Part shown: in pieces, positions 31,187-43,122 of the stretch
Numbering within the stretch: the stretch's first letter is position 1
Layout: each line of letters begins with the position of its first letter
Source: Mantamonas sphyraenae STR306
Lineage: Eukaryota > Protista > CRuMs
Direction: 5' to 3'
NCBI GenBank assembly: GCA_026936335.1
Contig: JAPMXV010000006.1
Span: forward strand, 124,001-188,000
Length of the DNA: 64,000 nucleotides
Made by a program: the position numbers and the translations under genes
The notes under the pieces: generated by a model
What the model was told of the DNA's origin: nothing
Seen by the model: the letters and a program-made list of their open reading frames with translations, nothing else
Databases searched by the model: none

Positions 31187-34100
31187 TCATTTTCGCGCTC
31201 GTTTGCGAGCTGATCTCCGCGTGTTTCTTTTCGGGGGCGCTTCCTCTTCCTCTTCCTCCTCCTCCTCGGACGACTGCTCGTCGGAAGAGGCGGACGACGA
31301 CGCCTCATCATCATCATCATCATCATCCTCTTCTTCTTCTTCCTCCTCCTCCTCCTCGATCTCCAATTCCTCGTCGTCGTCTTCATCCTCGTCATCACGC
31401 TCGCGTTTCGTGCCTCGCGCTGGCTGCGGCGTGCGAATTGCCTGAATGAGCGCTCGGATGCGGTCGGCTGCAGCCATTTTGGGCTTAAATTCGGCCACTT
31501 GGATGTCTTCATCCATGGCAGCGCTGCTGGCTGCCTCTGCCGCGATGCTGTCGCCTGCCACATCAAACGACAGACCTGCCATGTTCTGCAATGTGTAGTT
31601 GATCATAAACGTGTCGCGCAGCATTCGAGTCGACCGTTCAAAGTGTTTTTCGGTGTACGGGATAACTCCCTGCAGCACTTCCTTGATTCCCTGCAGCTCG
31701 GCGAGCTTGGCCGCAGAGTTGAGCCGCAGGATGGAGCCCAGCACAATCTGTGCCGTTTCTGATGTACGTGACTGTGTGTTCCAATCGCGGATAAACAACA
31801 GACACCTGTGCAGGTGCTGTGTGCGCAGCGAGCCGACAATGTCGTCCAACAGCGGCCATTCCGGTTTGCTTTCCAACGACACAACCTCCATGGACTTGTT
31901 GGTCTGCTTGTTGCTGTTGCTGTTGCTCTCGTCCTGGCTCTCGTCTTCAGAGCCCCCCACGTTGTTCTCCAGAGCCATGACCCGCTCCATGTCAAACGTC
32001 TGGAACTTTTCAAAAAGCGGCACCCATGGCTGTGTGTTCCTGCGGTCCAGCTCGATGACGGTGTCCAACACACCCAACGTGCGTCGTGGTTGCTCCATCT
32101 CCAGGGCCAGCTTCAGCGCCTGCTTGTACTGCTTGTCGCGCAACAGGTTTTCCAAATCCTGCTGCTTTACAAGCAGCTCCTGCTCCGCCGCAACCGCCTG
32201 TTCCTCCTCCTCCACCGTGCAATCACGCCACACTTTGATGCACGAGTCTCCCGAGCCCGTGAGAAGTTTCTTGCCGTCCTCGTGTACCGCCAGCGCCCAA
32301 ATCTTGTCGTCGTGGGCATCGACCGTCTGCACGCACTCGTTGTTCTTGATCGTCCACAGCTTCAGCAGGCCGTCGGAGCCACACGAAGCAAGCTGCATGC
32401 CCAGCGTCACGAAGCATACCTTGAGCACGCTGTTCGTATGGCCCTCAAACGTGCGCAAGCAGGTGTAGTCGTTCAGGGACCACAGTTTGATGGTTCGGTC
32501 GCTGCTGCACGACGCCAACACTCGATCCACAGTGGAAAAGGCCACGCTCCACACTCCTCGTTTGTGACCTCGCATCGTGCCCAGAAGTTCCTCGCTTTCC
32601 ACGTCGTACACTTTGATCGTTCGGTCCTGCGACCCTGTCGCCACCAGCTTGTCGTTTGGCGACACACACACAGTGTTGATGTCCTTGGCGTGTGCTTTGG
32701 TGGTAAACAGGGCGCGCAGCTGCTCGGGAGCCTCCTCTTCTTCGTCCTGATCTTCTTCATCGTGACCCTCGAGCATCCGCTCACGCCGCTGTGCCAGCTT
32801 GCCGTTGATCAGACTCTGCTTGAGGGCTTGGATGTCCCACACCTTGATGGTTGTGTCCTGGCTGCCGCTGACAATGTACTTTGCGTTGCGTGGGGCGATA
32901 GCCACCGCACCCACGGCCTCGGTGTGTCCTGTGCCCACAGCCAGACAGCGACGCGTCTCTGTGTCCCACACACGCACAGTGTTGTCTTTGGAGCTGCTCA
33001 CAAGCAGACCCAGGCGTGCGATGGCGTCCACACAGAGCACAATGTCCTTGTGGCCGGTCATGGCCTTGTAGTCAAACGTGTCCGTGTTGAAGATGCGCAG
33101 CTGGTCTGAGTTGGTGGCCACCACCACTCGGTTGTCTCCCAGGAAGCGAGCGTCAATCACTTCGTCGTTGTAGCCCACCATCTGCTTGTGTGCCACGAGG
33201 CCGCGTTCGGCGTCAACGGCATACACCAGCATCTCCTGCTCCTCCGTCACAATCACCACCCGGCCCTCCTTCTCCAGCACATGCAGCTGCACAATATTTT
33301 TGGCTGCCTCTGTGCTCCCGTGCGTCACGTCTTGTTTGTACACCTCTGTGCCCGTGTGGCCGTCCAGCACGCGCACCTGGCCCTTGGCCCCGCCCACCAT
33401 CACATAGTCCGTCTTGTGCACCTCCCTCCTCTCGACGCGTGCCTTTCGCTGCTTGCCCTTGCCCGTCACCACACGAACCTTGATCTGCTTCGTCTTCATG
33501 CCCGGCAACACCATGCTGTGGGGCAACGCACACATCGTTTCCAGCGTCTCGTACAGCAGATGCGTGCGTCCAAACTCCACCACCTCCCGCGACGACGACC
33601 CCTGAGCCTGTTCGTCATCATCATCCTCGTCATCATCGTCGTCCTCGCTGTCCGCTGCCGCCTTGTGTTTCGTTACGGCGTTTGCCATGTTCCAACTGTT
33701 CACCACCTTGTCGCGTCCCGCGGTGAACATGGACTTGCCGTCGTGAGAAAACACCATGCTGGTGGGACTGCTCATGTGTTCTTTAAGGACGGCGATGCAG
33801 CGACTGAGGTTGAGGTCCCAGACGCGCACGGTGCTGTCGTCGCTCGCAGACACGAGAAGCAAAGCGTCCGGATGGAAGCGCACACCGGTCACAATGGCCT
33901 GGTGGCCACGCAGGTTGTGTGTGCAGTACCCTTTGTCCGCGTCCCACACGCGCACCGTCTGGTCGCTGCTTGCCGTTGCCAGCAGCGTGCCTGTGCTTTC
34001 CATGTCCATGTCCAGAACCGGCGTCGCGTGTGCCTGTGCGTGCGTGCGTGTTGTGTGTGTGTGCAATGGACATCGTGTCCCCAATCCGTTGTCAGCACGC

Positions 34101-34646
34101 TCGTCTTTCCGTGCACCTGTGTTTCCTCCCGCTACGTCGTCGCCTCACCTTGAACGCCCGCACTTGCGTTGCATTTGCGGCTTTGTCCGTCGTCGCATCC
34201 AGGGTCACTGCCCACTGCGACACCCGCAAACTGCGGCTGCCCACAAATACGTGTCTGTCATCCGGGGACACGCACAGTGACGTGACCACGTCTTCGTCCT
34301 GTGAGTGAGGTGTGTCGTGTCATTGTGTTGCGCATGGTGTGTGAGCGCCGGGTCAATGCATGCCGGACTTTTCCAAGCTCCGCAGTCGCCCCACCCGTCC
34401 CCTGCCCACGTCGGCGTGCACACATACCCCTGCAATGGTGCACACAACACGCCCATCCTCGATGCGCAGCACGTTGACCCGGTCCACACAGCTGCACACA
34501 AGGTGTCGCTGGTCCCGTGTCAGCAGGATCTTTCCGCCTGCGTACGTCCGGTTCAGCTCCGCCTGCATGGCAAACGCCTTGCGCACGTGTGTCTCCACCT
34601 CTTGCTCCTCCGTCCCGCCGCTCGTCTCCAACACTTGCGTTGACAT
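31187..34646 (-). CDS. TBL3: Transducin beta-like protein 3 / U3 snoRNP protein Utp13 (WD40 + Utp13 C-terminal domain); 3 exons
   Basis: ATG 34646 MSTQVLET...TYAGG. There are many WD40 repeats (GYCTHNLRGH, VGYNDEVID, AHAKDINTVCVSPNDKLVATGSQD, GHKRGVWSV). The Utp13 domain has FIRDWNTQSRT and IPYTEKHFER, followed by an acidic tail. Confidence 0.95.
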
Positions 34647-34718
34647 GGCGCGTTGGCAGCGCCTGCGCGACCGGCCGCAGACGAACCCCCTCGTTTTCCG
34701 CCCGCCGCCCTTCCGACC
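34647..34718. promoter_or_regulatory. Putative bidirectional promoter TBL3/CUL1 (72 bp)
   Basis: Divergent ATGs at 34646 (-) and 34719 (+). The spacer is GCGC-rich. Confidence 0.5.
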
Positions 34719-37639
34719 ATGTCTGCCCGGCCCAAGAAAGTCAATCTGGAAAAGGCCTGGCCTATTCTGGAGCAGGTGGTAAGTTGTGTGGTGGCCATAC
34801 GACGCGTCGGCGAGCGCCTTGAGTTGACACAAACGCTCCACATCGCCGCCCCAACACCAGGTGAACAAACTCCTCTTTGAACTCAACGATGGCGTTGACA
34901 AGAGCTCGTGGATGAAGGCCTTCACCATCGCCTACAACTACTGCGCGTACACAGACAACCGCCAGCACCGCACCACGCCCCTGGGCCGGCGTGACCGCGA
35001 CCAGAGCACAGCCGGCGCGTCGTTCCAGGGTGAACCCCTGTACAAGCGCCTTCTCGCTCTGCTCACAGACCACTGCCAGGATCTTGCAGGCGTAAGTGTC
35101 ACCGGCCGGTCTGGTCCACACACGCACGCACGCACGCACGTACGCATGCACTTTGTGGGTCGGGGTTGCAGCTCCGTTTGTGCTTTGGGGTCTTGGGCCC
35201 AACCCGAATTCCCTCCGGTTGCTTGCTATCCCATCGGCGGTCGTTTCCTACCGACCCATATGACCCTTTCCACGCACCCATTCGCATTGCTGCATCCCAT
35301 CGTGCATGGATTTGCTCATCTGCGTCGACGTGCATCTCCTCGTCGGCGGCCTGGCCTCTTTCGCGCAGCCGCCGTCGCTCTTGTGTCGCCGATTCAACCT
35401 GTGCCCGTGCTGGCGTTGGCCCTGCTGCACGCCACACAGCTTCCCTAGCCTTCCACTCACCCTGGACACATGCACACATGTGCTGTACACCCCGTTGCGT
35501 GTCTGGCATGGCAGTCATCCAGCTCGTTGACGGGCGTGAACCTGCTCAATTTTTACAGCCAGAACTGGGAGCGGTATCTTGCAGCGACCAAGTTCGTCAA
35601 CAACCTCTTTGACTACCTTAACCGCCACTGGGTCAAGCGCCAGCGCAACGAGGGCCACCTGGACATCCAAAAGGTCGACATCATGGCCAAGATTGTATTC
35701 CGAGACCACCTGTTCAACCAGGTGAGCATGCGGTTGCAGCACGCAGTCCTGGACCAAATCGAAAAGGAGCGCAAGGGCGACCAGGTCGACCACGACGTGT
35801 TGCGAACCACATTGGACTCCTTTGTGCGCCTGGGCATCCGAGACAGCGCACCCACAGAGCTGTCCACCTCCCTCTACTTCAGCATGTTTGAGGAGGCCTT
35901 CCTCGCCGCAACAGAGGACTTTTACAACGCCGAGTCCCAGGCCTTTATGGCCCAAAACTCGGTGTCCGATTACATGAAGCAAGTGGAGACGCGGTTGGAG
36001 CAAGAGCAGGCTCGTGTGCACAACTACCTGCACTCCAGCTCCGAGAAGGCCCTCATGAACGGCTGCCAGAACGTCCTTGTGGAACGGCGCCGCACCATCA
36101 TCGAGGCCCAGTTTGAGCACCTGCTACTCAACGACATGCGTGAGGATCTCGGGCGTATGTACAAGCTGCTATCTCGCGTGCCGCTGGGTCTGGAGCGTAT
36201 GCGCTCGCAGCTGGAGCAGCACATCGAGGCAACCGGCCTCACCGCCATCCAGCAGGTGGCCAACAACTCCTTGGACAAGCCCGACGTGTATGTGGAGACC
36301 ATTTTGGGCGTGCACGCACAATTCCGTGAGTTGGTCGAGCAGGCCTTTGCGAGCGACAGTGGCTTTGTGGCCGCCCTCGACCGCGCTTGCAAGCGTTTTA
36401 TCAACGACAACGAGGTGTGCCGCATGACCAAGGATCCACACAAGTCACCCGAGCTTCTTGCCAAGTACACAGACCCAGGTGATGCGCAAGCGGCACGAAG
36501 AAGCCGAGATGGAGCGCAAGCTGAACGATATTGTGAGTTTTTCAGTTTTCAGCGAGTTCCATCTCCTTTGCCTGCGCACACATGCACTCTCCCTCCCGCC
36601 GCACACACTCACTCTCTCTCACACACACCGACTCACACACTCTCGTACACATGTGCCTCATGATGCCACCCCGCAGATGACTCTTTTCAAGTTTCTGGAC
36701 GACAAGGACGTATTCCAGAAGTTCTACTCGGCTCGTTTGTCGAAACGGCTAATCAACCACACATCCACGGACGAAGACTACGAGTCGCAGATGATTGCGC
36801 GGCTCAAGGCAGAGAACGGGTACGAGTACACACAGAAGTTGCAGCGCATGTTTACAGACATCGGCCTGAGCAAGGACGTCAACGACCGGTTCGAAACGTA
36901 CACGAGCGAAAAGGGCATCGAGCTGCCCATTGACATGAGCGTCCTTGTGCTTGCCACGGGATCGTGGCCATTGCAACCGCCCACGTCTGGCTTCAACGCA
37001 CCGGCCGAGCTGGAGCACAGCATGCAGGTGTTCCAGGACTTTTACCTGTCGTCGTACAACGGACGCAAGATGACATGGCTGCCGCAGCTGAGCAAGGCCG
37101 ATCTGGTGCCCACGTATTTGTCGCAGCGCCACCTTTTCTCCGTGAGCACGTACCAGCTGGGCGTCCTGCTGCTGTTCAACGAGCAAGACACATACAGCAT
37201 GGACGAGTTGTCTACCATCAGCGGGTTGAATCCGATGACATTCAACGCCACCATGCAGGCGCTGACAAAGACAAAGGTGCTCAAGTGCTCGGATCCGGAG
37301 CTGAGCGGTTCCAGCACGGTGAGGTTGAACACATCGTTCAAGTACAAGAAGCACCGCATCAACTTGAACATCAAGATTGCCTCGGTGCAAGCCGCAGACG
37401 ACGAGGAGACACGCAAGGTGGTCGAGGAGGACCGCAAGATCCTTATCCAGGCTGCCATTGTGCGCATCATGAAGTCGCGCAAGACGATGAACCACATCAA
37501 CCTCATCACCGAGGTCATCACACAGCTGCAGAGCAGGTTCAACCCGCGCGTACCGGTCATCAAGAAGTGCATCGAGCTCATGATTGAGAAGGAGTACATC
37601 GAACGCAAGAGCAAAGATGTGTACCAGTACGTCGCATAA
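34719..37639 (+). CDS. CUL1: Cullin-1; 4 exons, with an apparent +1 frameshift at 36474-36476
   Basis: ATG 34719. Motifs are AYNYC, FQGEPLYKRL, LFDYLNRHWVKR, KSPELLAKYTD, DKDVFQKFYSARLSKRL, GYEYTQKLQRMFTDI, VLATGSWPL and the neddylation motif IQAAIVRIMKSRK...IEKEYIER. Introns are at ~34779-34860, 35092-35514 and ~36533-36676. Confidence 0.93.
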
Positions 37640-37738
37640 ACGATGAATTCACCAACAACGCGCTCTCGCGCTCCTACCCATGATTGCGCACCAACCGCAA
37701 CCCTCGGCACGGGAGGACGTGTTGTGTCGTGCCCCGCT

Positions 37739-38284
37739 CTACAGGTCGGCGAAACCTTGATTTCCACCAATGCACTTGTCCACCACGCTGCGCAGCTGCG
37801 GGTTTTCTGTGGCAGCCACAATGCGCTCTTTGTCGTTGAGCTGCTTGTTGACCTCGTCCTCGGTTTCGTGGCTGCCTTTGCTGACGTAGATTTCCACCTT
37901 GTACTTGGTGTCCAGTTCCTCCTGGAGCTTTGTTCGTATGCACAGACCAATCAAAGTGGCCATGGAGCAGTGGGCCACGGTGGGTGTGAAGCGCACAATG
38001 ACCAGCTTGTCGTCGTTGTCCACCTCAATGAGCTCTTCCGAAAGCACACCAAGCTGCTCCAGCGAGTACGGGTGCTCGGGGTCGCGGATGTTGCGCACCA
38101 TCTCAAACACATCCCATTCGTCCACTTCCTCGAAATCCTGGGCCAGAACCTCGGCCAGGGTCATGGTGGGAGCCTTTTTGCTGCTGCTGCTTCCGGCTTG
38201 GACCTTCTTTTTCCGCTCCACGTTGCTTAGATCCCGCACCACCGGGTCTGGGTTCACCAGAGGGCCACTCACGAACGAGCTCAT
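37739..38284 (-). CDS. CIAO2: Cytosolic iron-sulfur assembly component 2 (MIP18/FAM96/AE7 family)
   Basis: LVNPDPVV, IRDPEHPYSLEQLGV, FTPTVAHCSMATLIGLCIR, GSHETEDEVNKQLNDKERIVAATENP. The start at ATG 38284 was chosen because the family begins just before the NxNP motif. Confidence 0.93.
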   Translation of the reverse strand: MSSFVSGPLVNPDPVVRDLSNVERKKKVQAGSSSSKKAPTMTLAEVLAQDFEEVDEWDVFEMVRNIRDPEHPYSLEQLGVLSEELIEVDNDDKLVIVRFTPTVAHCSMATLIGLCIRTKLQEELDTKYKVEIYVSKGSHETEDEVNKQLNDKERIVAATENPQLRSVVDKCIGGNQGFADL

Positions 38285-38396
38285 GGGTGTGACGGCTCTC
38301 TCTGGTTGTGGGTCTGGTGTGGGTTGATTTGATGCTACCAGCGCGACTGGCCACAAACCTTCCCTTCCTTTTCCCCCTGTCCTGGTCTGAGCAGCC

Positions 38397-39746
38397 ATGT
38401 TTGCCCGTTGTGGTTTGTCATCCTCTGCAGGCATGTCCTGTGGCACTGCAATCGTGTGTTCTACGCAGTACGATTCGTTGTCGCCAGCCGGCGCCGTTCC
38501 AGGCTCCAAGTCGCCGTTGTTGGCGGCTGCCGTCCACGCAGCAGGTGTGCATGCGTCCGAATCGGCGGACGTGGTTGCCTTTGCACCCAAAGAGGCGATT
38601 GCGTCCGAAAAGGCGGCGCAGGAGTCCCAGAAGGCGGCAGGCAACCCGTGGCCCGGCCAGCTTGCAGCCGGCGGCCTCAGTTGCATGACGGTGTCATTTA
38701 GTAGGTGTGAAGGGCAAGCAGAATGGGAGAATGGACATGTGTACAGGCGATGTGGCGTGTGGCGACACTAACAAGGCAACGTGTGCGGTTGTACTGCAGT
38801 TTTGAATCCCATGGACGTTGTCAAGGTGCGAATGCAGACGCAGAACGAATTGTCCAAGGCCGATCCAAGCACACCGAAGCGCTACACCAGCTTCCGTCAA
38901 GCGTTCCAGAAGATTGCGCGTGAGGAGGGGTTGGCAGGTCTGACCAAGGGATGGCAGCCGTCGATGCTGCGCGAAGCGTCCTACTCGTCGCTGCGCATGG
39001 GTCTGTACCAGCCCATCCGCGATGCACTGTCGCATGGCGAGGAGGAAATCTCGTTGGGCAACAAAATCATTGCCAGCATGACGTCGGGAGCGCTGGGATC
39101 TGTGATTGCCAACCCGACAGACCTTGTGAAGATTCGCTTTCAGTGCGAGCTGCCTGACCAGAAACCGCGGTACAGGGGCACCATGCATGCGTTTGCCGAG
39201 ATTGCACGTACTGAGGGTGTGGCCAATGGCCTGTACCGTGGAGCGGCGGCCACGACGCTACGTGCCGCTGTGCTGACCGCAGGCCAGTTGGCAAGTTACG
39301 ACCACACCAAACACACCCTCGTCAAAAACATGGGCTACGAAGACGGTTTTGGCGTCCATCTCATTGCCAGTCTCGTAGCGGGTCTCACCGCCACAACAGC
39401 CTCCTCTCCTGTCGATGTCATCAAGACGCGCTACATGAACTCGCAGAAGGCTGCCACCACAGGAGGCTCCCCGCTCTACTCTAGCCCTCTGGACTGCTTC
39501 ATCAAGACAGTGCGCCACGACGGTGTCCTTTCTCTCTTTCGAGGATGGGTCCCCAATTGTGAGTTGTGTCGTGCCGTGGGATATGATTGTGTGTTTCTTT
39601 GTGCCGTGGCGCTGACCTCTCCTCCCCTTCCACCCGCGTGTGTGTGTGTATGTGTGCAGACCTCCGCTTGGGCCCCCATTTCATTGTGTCGTTGCCGTTG
39701 TATGAGCAGTTGCGCAAGTTGTTTGGTGTCGGGTTATCTGTCTTAG
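38397..39746 (+). CDS. Mitochondrial carrier (SLC25) of the UCP / dicarboxylate / oxoglutarate-like group; 3 exons
   Basis: Three carrier signatures: NPMDVVKVRMQ, NPTDLVKIRFQ, SPVDVIKTRYM. Also REASYSSLRMGLY, RAAVLTAGQLASYD and YLRLGPHF. Introns are at ~38702-38799 and ~39559-39659. The end at 39746 assumes one extra G at 39731-39733; as written the frame runs to 39835. Confidence 0.88.
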
Positions 39747-39783
39747 TCAGCGCGCGCGCTGTGGTCAGCAACGAAACGCCGAA

Positions 39784-41804
39784 ATGGACGAAGAACAACC
39801 ACGAAAGAAGGTCACAGAGGTGCGTCTTGAGATAGTGCAGCGAGGAGAGACGGGTTGCGTTTGTTGCACATGGCCACAGAGTGAGGATGTTTTTGTGGCT
39901 GACACAGGAAGCAGATCACCAAGATCGACGTGCAAAACTGGTTCCACAACGACGGCCTCAAGGCTGTGTGGCTCGTCATCTACTTTGTCATCAACGTGGC
40001 CATCTTTTTTGACACCTATGCCAGTACGTTGGATGCGTGTGCGTCGCATGCGCTGTGTAGGCGCTACCGGAGTGTGAGCAGCCGCGAACGCTTCTCCCTT
40101 GCTCACATGCCCACCCCCGTTTGCTTGACACAGAGTACGCCGAACGACCTGTGTACAATGTCCTCAAAGAAGGCGTGACCTTTGCGCGCGGATGTGGTGC
40201 TCTTCTGAAATTCAACTGTGCCCTCATTCTGCTGCCGGTGTGCCGCAATTTCCTGACCTGGTGCGTTTGGCCGTCCACCTTGGCTCGGTTTTCCCCTCCG
40301 CTCACCCGTTGCTCGCCCACAGGCTGCGTGGCACCTTTATCAACCACTACATGCCCATTGACTCGAACATCGAGTTCCACAAACTCGTCAGCTACGTCAT
40401 CCTGGTCTCCGGCTCTGTGCACACGTAGGTTCTGCGAGCGTCGGACGGCGCCATCTCGTGATCGAAGGAAGGCTCGAGGCTTTCTGCTTGGAGGCCTCCC
40501 TCCCGTGGCCCCTGTGGCTTAAATGCTGCGCCGCACACGCATACGCGCGCGCACACACTCACTGTCCCCCACACCCACCCACACACAGCATGGCGCACAT
40601 GTACAACTTTACGGCGCTGTCCAAGGCTGGCGAAGGCCCGGTGAACGCTCTGATTGGCTCAAGCTTCCCCGAGGGCTCACTGACCCCAGGCAACCTGCTG
40701 TGGGGCACGCTGCCGGGCTTTACGGGATTGGTTATCTGTCTGGTAATGCTGCTGATGTACAGCAGTGCGTGGACGCCTGTGCGGCGGCCACACTTTGAGG
40801 CGTTTTGGTATACCCACCACCTGTTCATTGTGTTCCACGTCTGCCTGCTGCTCCACGGCGCCCAGAATCTGCTGGAAGCGGCCAGTTTCTACTGGTGGTT
40901 CATGGTGCCGGGCTTCATGTACCTTGTGGAGCGCATTGTGCGTGCGGTGCGTGCTCGCCAGTCGACGACGCTTGTGCAGGCGTACGAACATCCGTCGCGT
41001 GTGTTGGAAATCCGAGTGTCCAAGCCGGCCTTCAAGTACCACGCTGGCATGTACCTGTTCCTGTGTTGCCCCTACGTGGCCAAGCACGAGTGGCATCCGT
41101 TCACCATCACCTCGTCACCCGATGAGCCCTTTGTCAGCGTACACATCCGCATGGTGGGCGACTTTACCAAGGCCCTGGGCAACCTGCTGATCAAGAGCGA
41201 GCACGCAGAGAGCATTGCGCGCACGTCGCTGGATCCGGACGGCAACCCCATCCTGCAGATCGACGGCGGCTTTGGTACGGCCTCTGCCGAGATTCTGGAC
41301 TACCCCGTGAGCATGTTGGTGGGCGCAGGCATTGGCGTGACGCCGTTTGCTTCCATCCTGAAGCACATCCGCTACGTGGTGGAGACGCAGATGGGTCGCA
41401 TCCCGCTGAAGAAGGTGTACTTTTTCTGGATCAACCGCGACAAGGAGGCCTTTGAATGGTTCCAGGAGCTGCTGAGTGCGCTGGAGGTGGAGAGCGAACG
41501 TGGTTCTCGCTTCCTGGCCATCTGCACGTACCTGACAGGAAAGCTGAGCCAAGACGAGGTGCTGGACATTGTGTACGACGACAGTGGCGAAGACACCATC
41601 ACGGGTCTCAAGACAGGCACCAACTTTGGCCGTCCCAACTGGACCAAGATCTTCAACGACCTCAGCCAGGTGCACTACGGCGAGGACATCGGCTGCTTCT
41701 TCTGCGGCCCGCCCGTGCTCGCCAAGGTCTTGTACACCAACTGTGTCCGCCTCACCATGGCAGAGGGTGACACCAAGTTTACCTTTCACAAGGAGAACTT
41801 CTAA
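39784..41804 (+). CDS. NOX: NADPH oxidase catalytic subunit, NOX1-4/NoxA type (no EF hands); 5 exons
   Basis: FARGCG..LKFNCALILLPVCRNFLTW|LR. Heme histidines are in FHKL..VHT|MAHMYNF and FWYTHHLF..LLLHG. FAD motif EWHPFTITS, HIRMVGDFT, IDGGFGT. NADPH motif VGAGIGVTPFASIL, GRPNW, FFCGP and C-terminal FHKENF. Confidence 0.95.
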
Positions 41805-41880
41805 GCAACGACAAATGAACGTGCACTCTGCTGCCATTGATCCGTAGCGCACGGACGGAGACAACCAGTTCCGGCCGGCG

Positions 41881-43110
41881 ATGAAGCGCACTCAATTGGC
41901 AACTGCTGTGTTCACACTGGCCATGTGCCTCAGCGGATTGGTTGCTCAACAGGCAACGACGCCCATGGCCACGACAGGATCGTTGGAGGATGCACAGGCT
42001 TGGGTCAAGGAGACGCGGCAGACGTTTGTGGCGCGCCAGATCCCCGAGACGTTTTCGCAGTATCTGCTGGCATGCAGGAGGCGGCGTGACCTTCAACACA
42101 GCGAACTGTTGAGCCCTGAGACGGGCCGTGCGGCTGCCAAGGCATGCGGCTGCTATGATACGGTGTCGGCGTACGGCAACACATCGACGGTGGAGACGGT
42201 GGCACAGGCACCGTACACAATGTTTACGACCATCAAACCAAACACGGATCCTCACATCCGCAAGACACAGCGGATAGCCCTGCGTTCGTGGACGCTGCTG
42301 AGGCCCAGACCAGAGATCATCCTGTTTGGCAACGAGGCAGGAAACAAGGAGCTTGCGGCGGAGCTGGGACTGCGTTATGTCCCGCATGTGCCACGCAACG
42401 CATATGGGACACCCATGATGCGTCCTATGTTTGAAAAGGCGGAACGGATGGCCAAGACGGACACGCTGGTGTTCATCAACGGGGACATTGTGCTGACGGG
42501 GGAGTTTTCCGCAGCCATGTTGCTGGTGGACACGATGCCGCTGGGCAAACGTCTGCTGGTGGGACAACGTACCAACATTGAGGTGGACCACGTGGAGCCG
42601 CTGAGGATGGATACAGACAGCTCGTGGACGCAACGGTTGCTGGAACGCGTGGGTGCACATGGCCAGCTGGCGGAGGAAACATATGTGGACTACTTTGTGT
42701 TTAGCAAAGGCCTGTGGGCGGCAGCCAACCAGCCGGCGAGTCGCAAGAACAAGCGGCTGGCATTTCCACCGATTGCCATCGGGCGGTGGAAGTGGGACAA
42801 TTTTCTCGTGCACTCGGCCATGGTGGAACACGGCGCAACCATTGTGGATCTGACTGGTGCCGTAGTGGCCACGCATCTGAACCATGACTATTCGCACATG
42901 CGCAAGGAGCCTCTGCGGAAGCCCAAAGACGGGAAGCGTGTGGCCAGCGAGCAGGACCACAACACAGACCTGACTCGAGGCCGTGTTTCGGCCGGCAGCA
43001 CCACAAGTGCCATGTGGAAGGTCTTGCTGGCCACCAACACGGGGCGACCGGGCATCTGCGTGTGCCTGGTGCCCAACCAAGACGAGAACTTTCGGCTGAT
43101 CAGCAAATGA
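41881..43110 (+). CDS. Secreted/Golgi GT-A-fold glycosyltransferase-like protein; intronless
   Basis: N-terminal hydrophobic signal. Motifs are ALRSWTLL.P..EIILFG, NAYGTP, FINGDIVL (DxD-like), DYFVF, PPIAIGRWKWDN and ATHLNHDYSH. Confidence 0.7.
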   Translation: MKRTQLATAVFTLAMCLSGLVAQQATTPMATTGSLEDAQAWVKETRQTFVARQIPETFSQYLLACRRRRDLQHSELLSPETGRAAAKACGCYDTVSAYGNTSTVETVAQAPYTMFTTIKPNTDPHIRKTQRIALRSWTLLRPRPEIILFGNEAGNKELAAELGLRYVPHVPRNAYGTPMMRPMFEKAERMAKTDTLVFINGDIVLTGEFSAAMLLVDTMPLGKRLLVGQRTNIEVDHVEPLRMDTDSSWTQRLLERVGAHGQLAEETYVDYFVFSKGLWAAANQPASRKNKRLAFPPIAIGRWKWDNFLVHSAMVEHGATIVDLTGAVVATHLNHDYSHMRKEPLRKPKDGKRVASEQDHNTDLTRGRVSAGSTTSAMWKVLLATNTGRPGICVCLVPNQDENFRLISK

Positions 43111-43122
43111 GCGTGGCAGCGT

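Noticed and set aside
38285-38686. N-terminal extension of CIAO2 (315-aa ORF) overlapping the carrier gene
   Set aside because: The extension is antisense to carrier exon 1, and family homology starts at ATG 38284.
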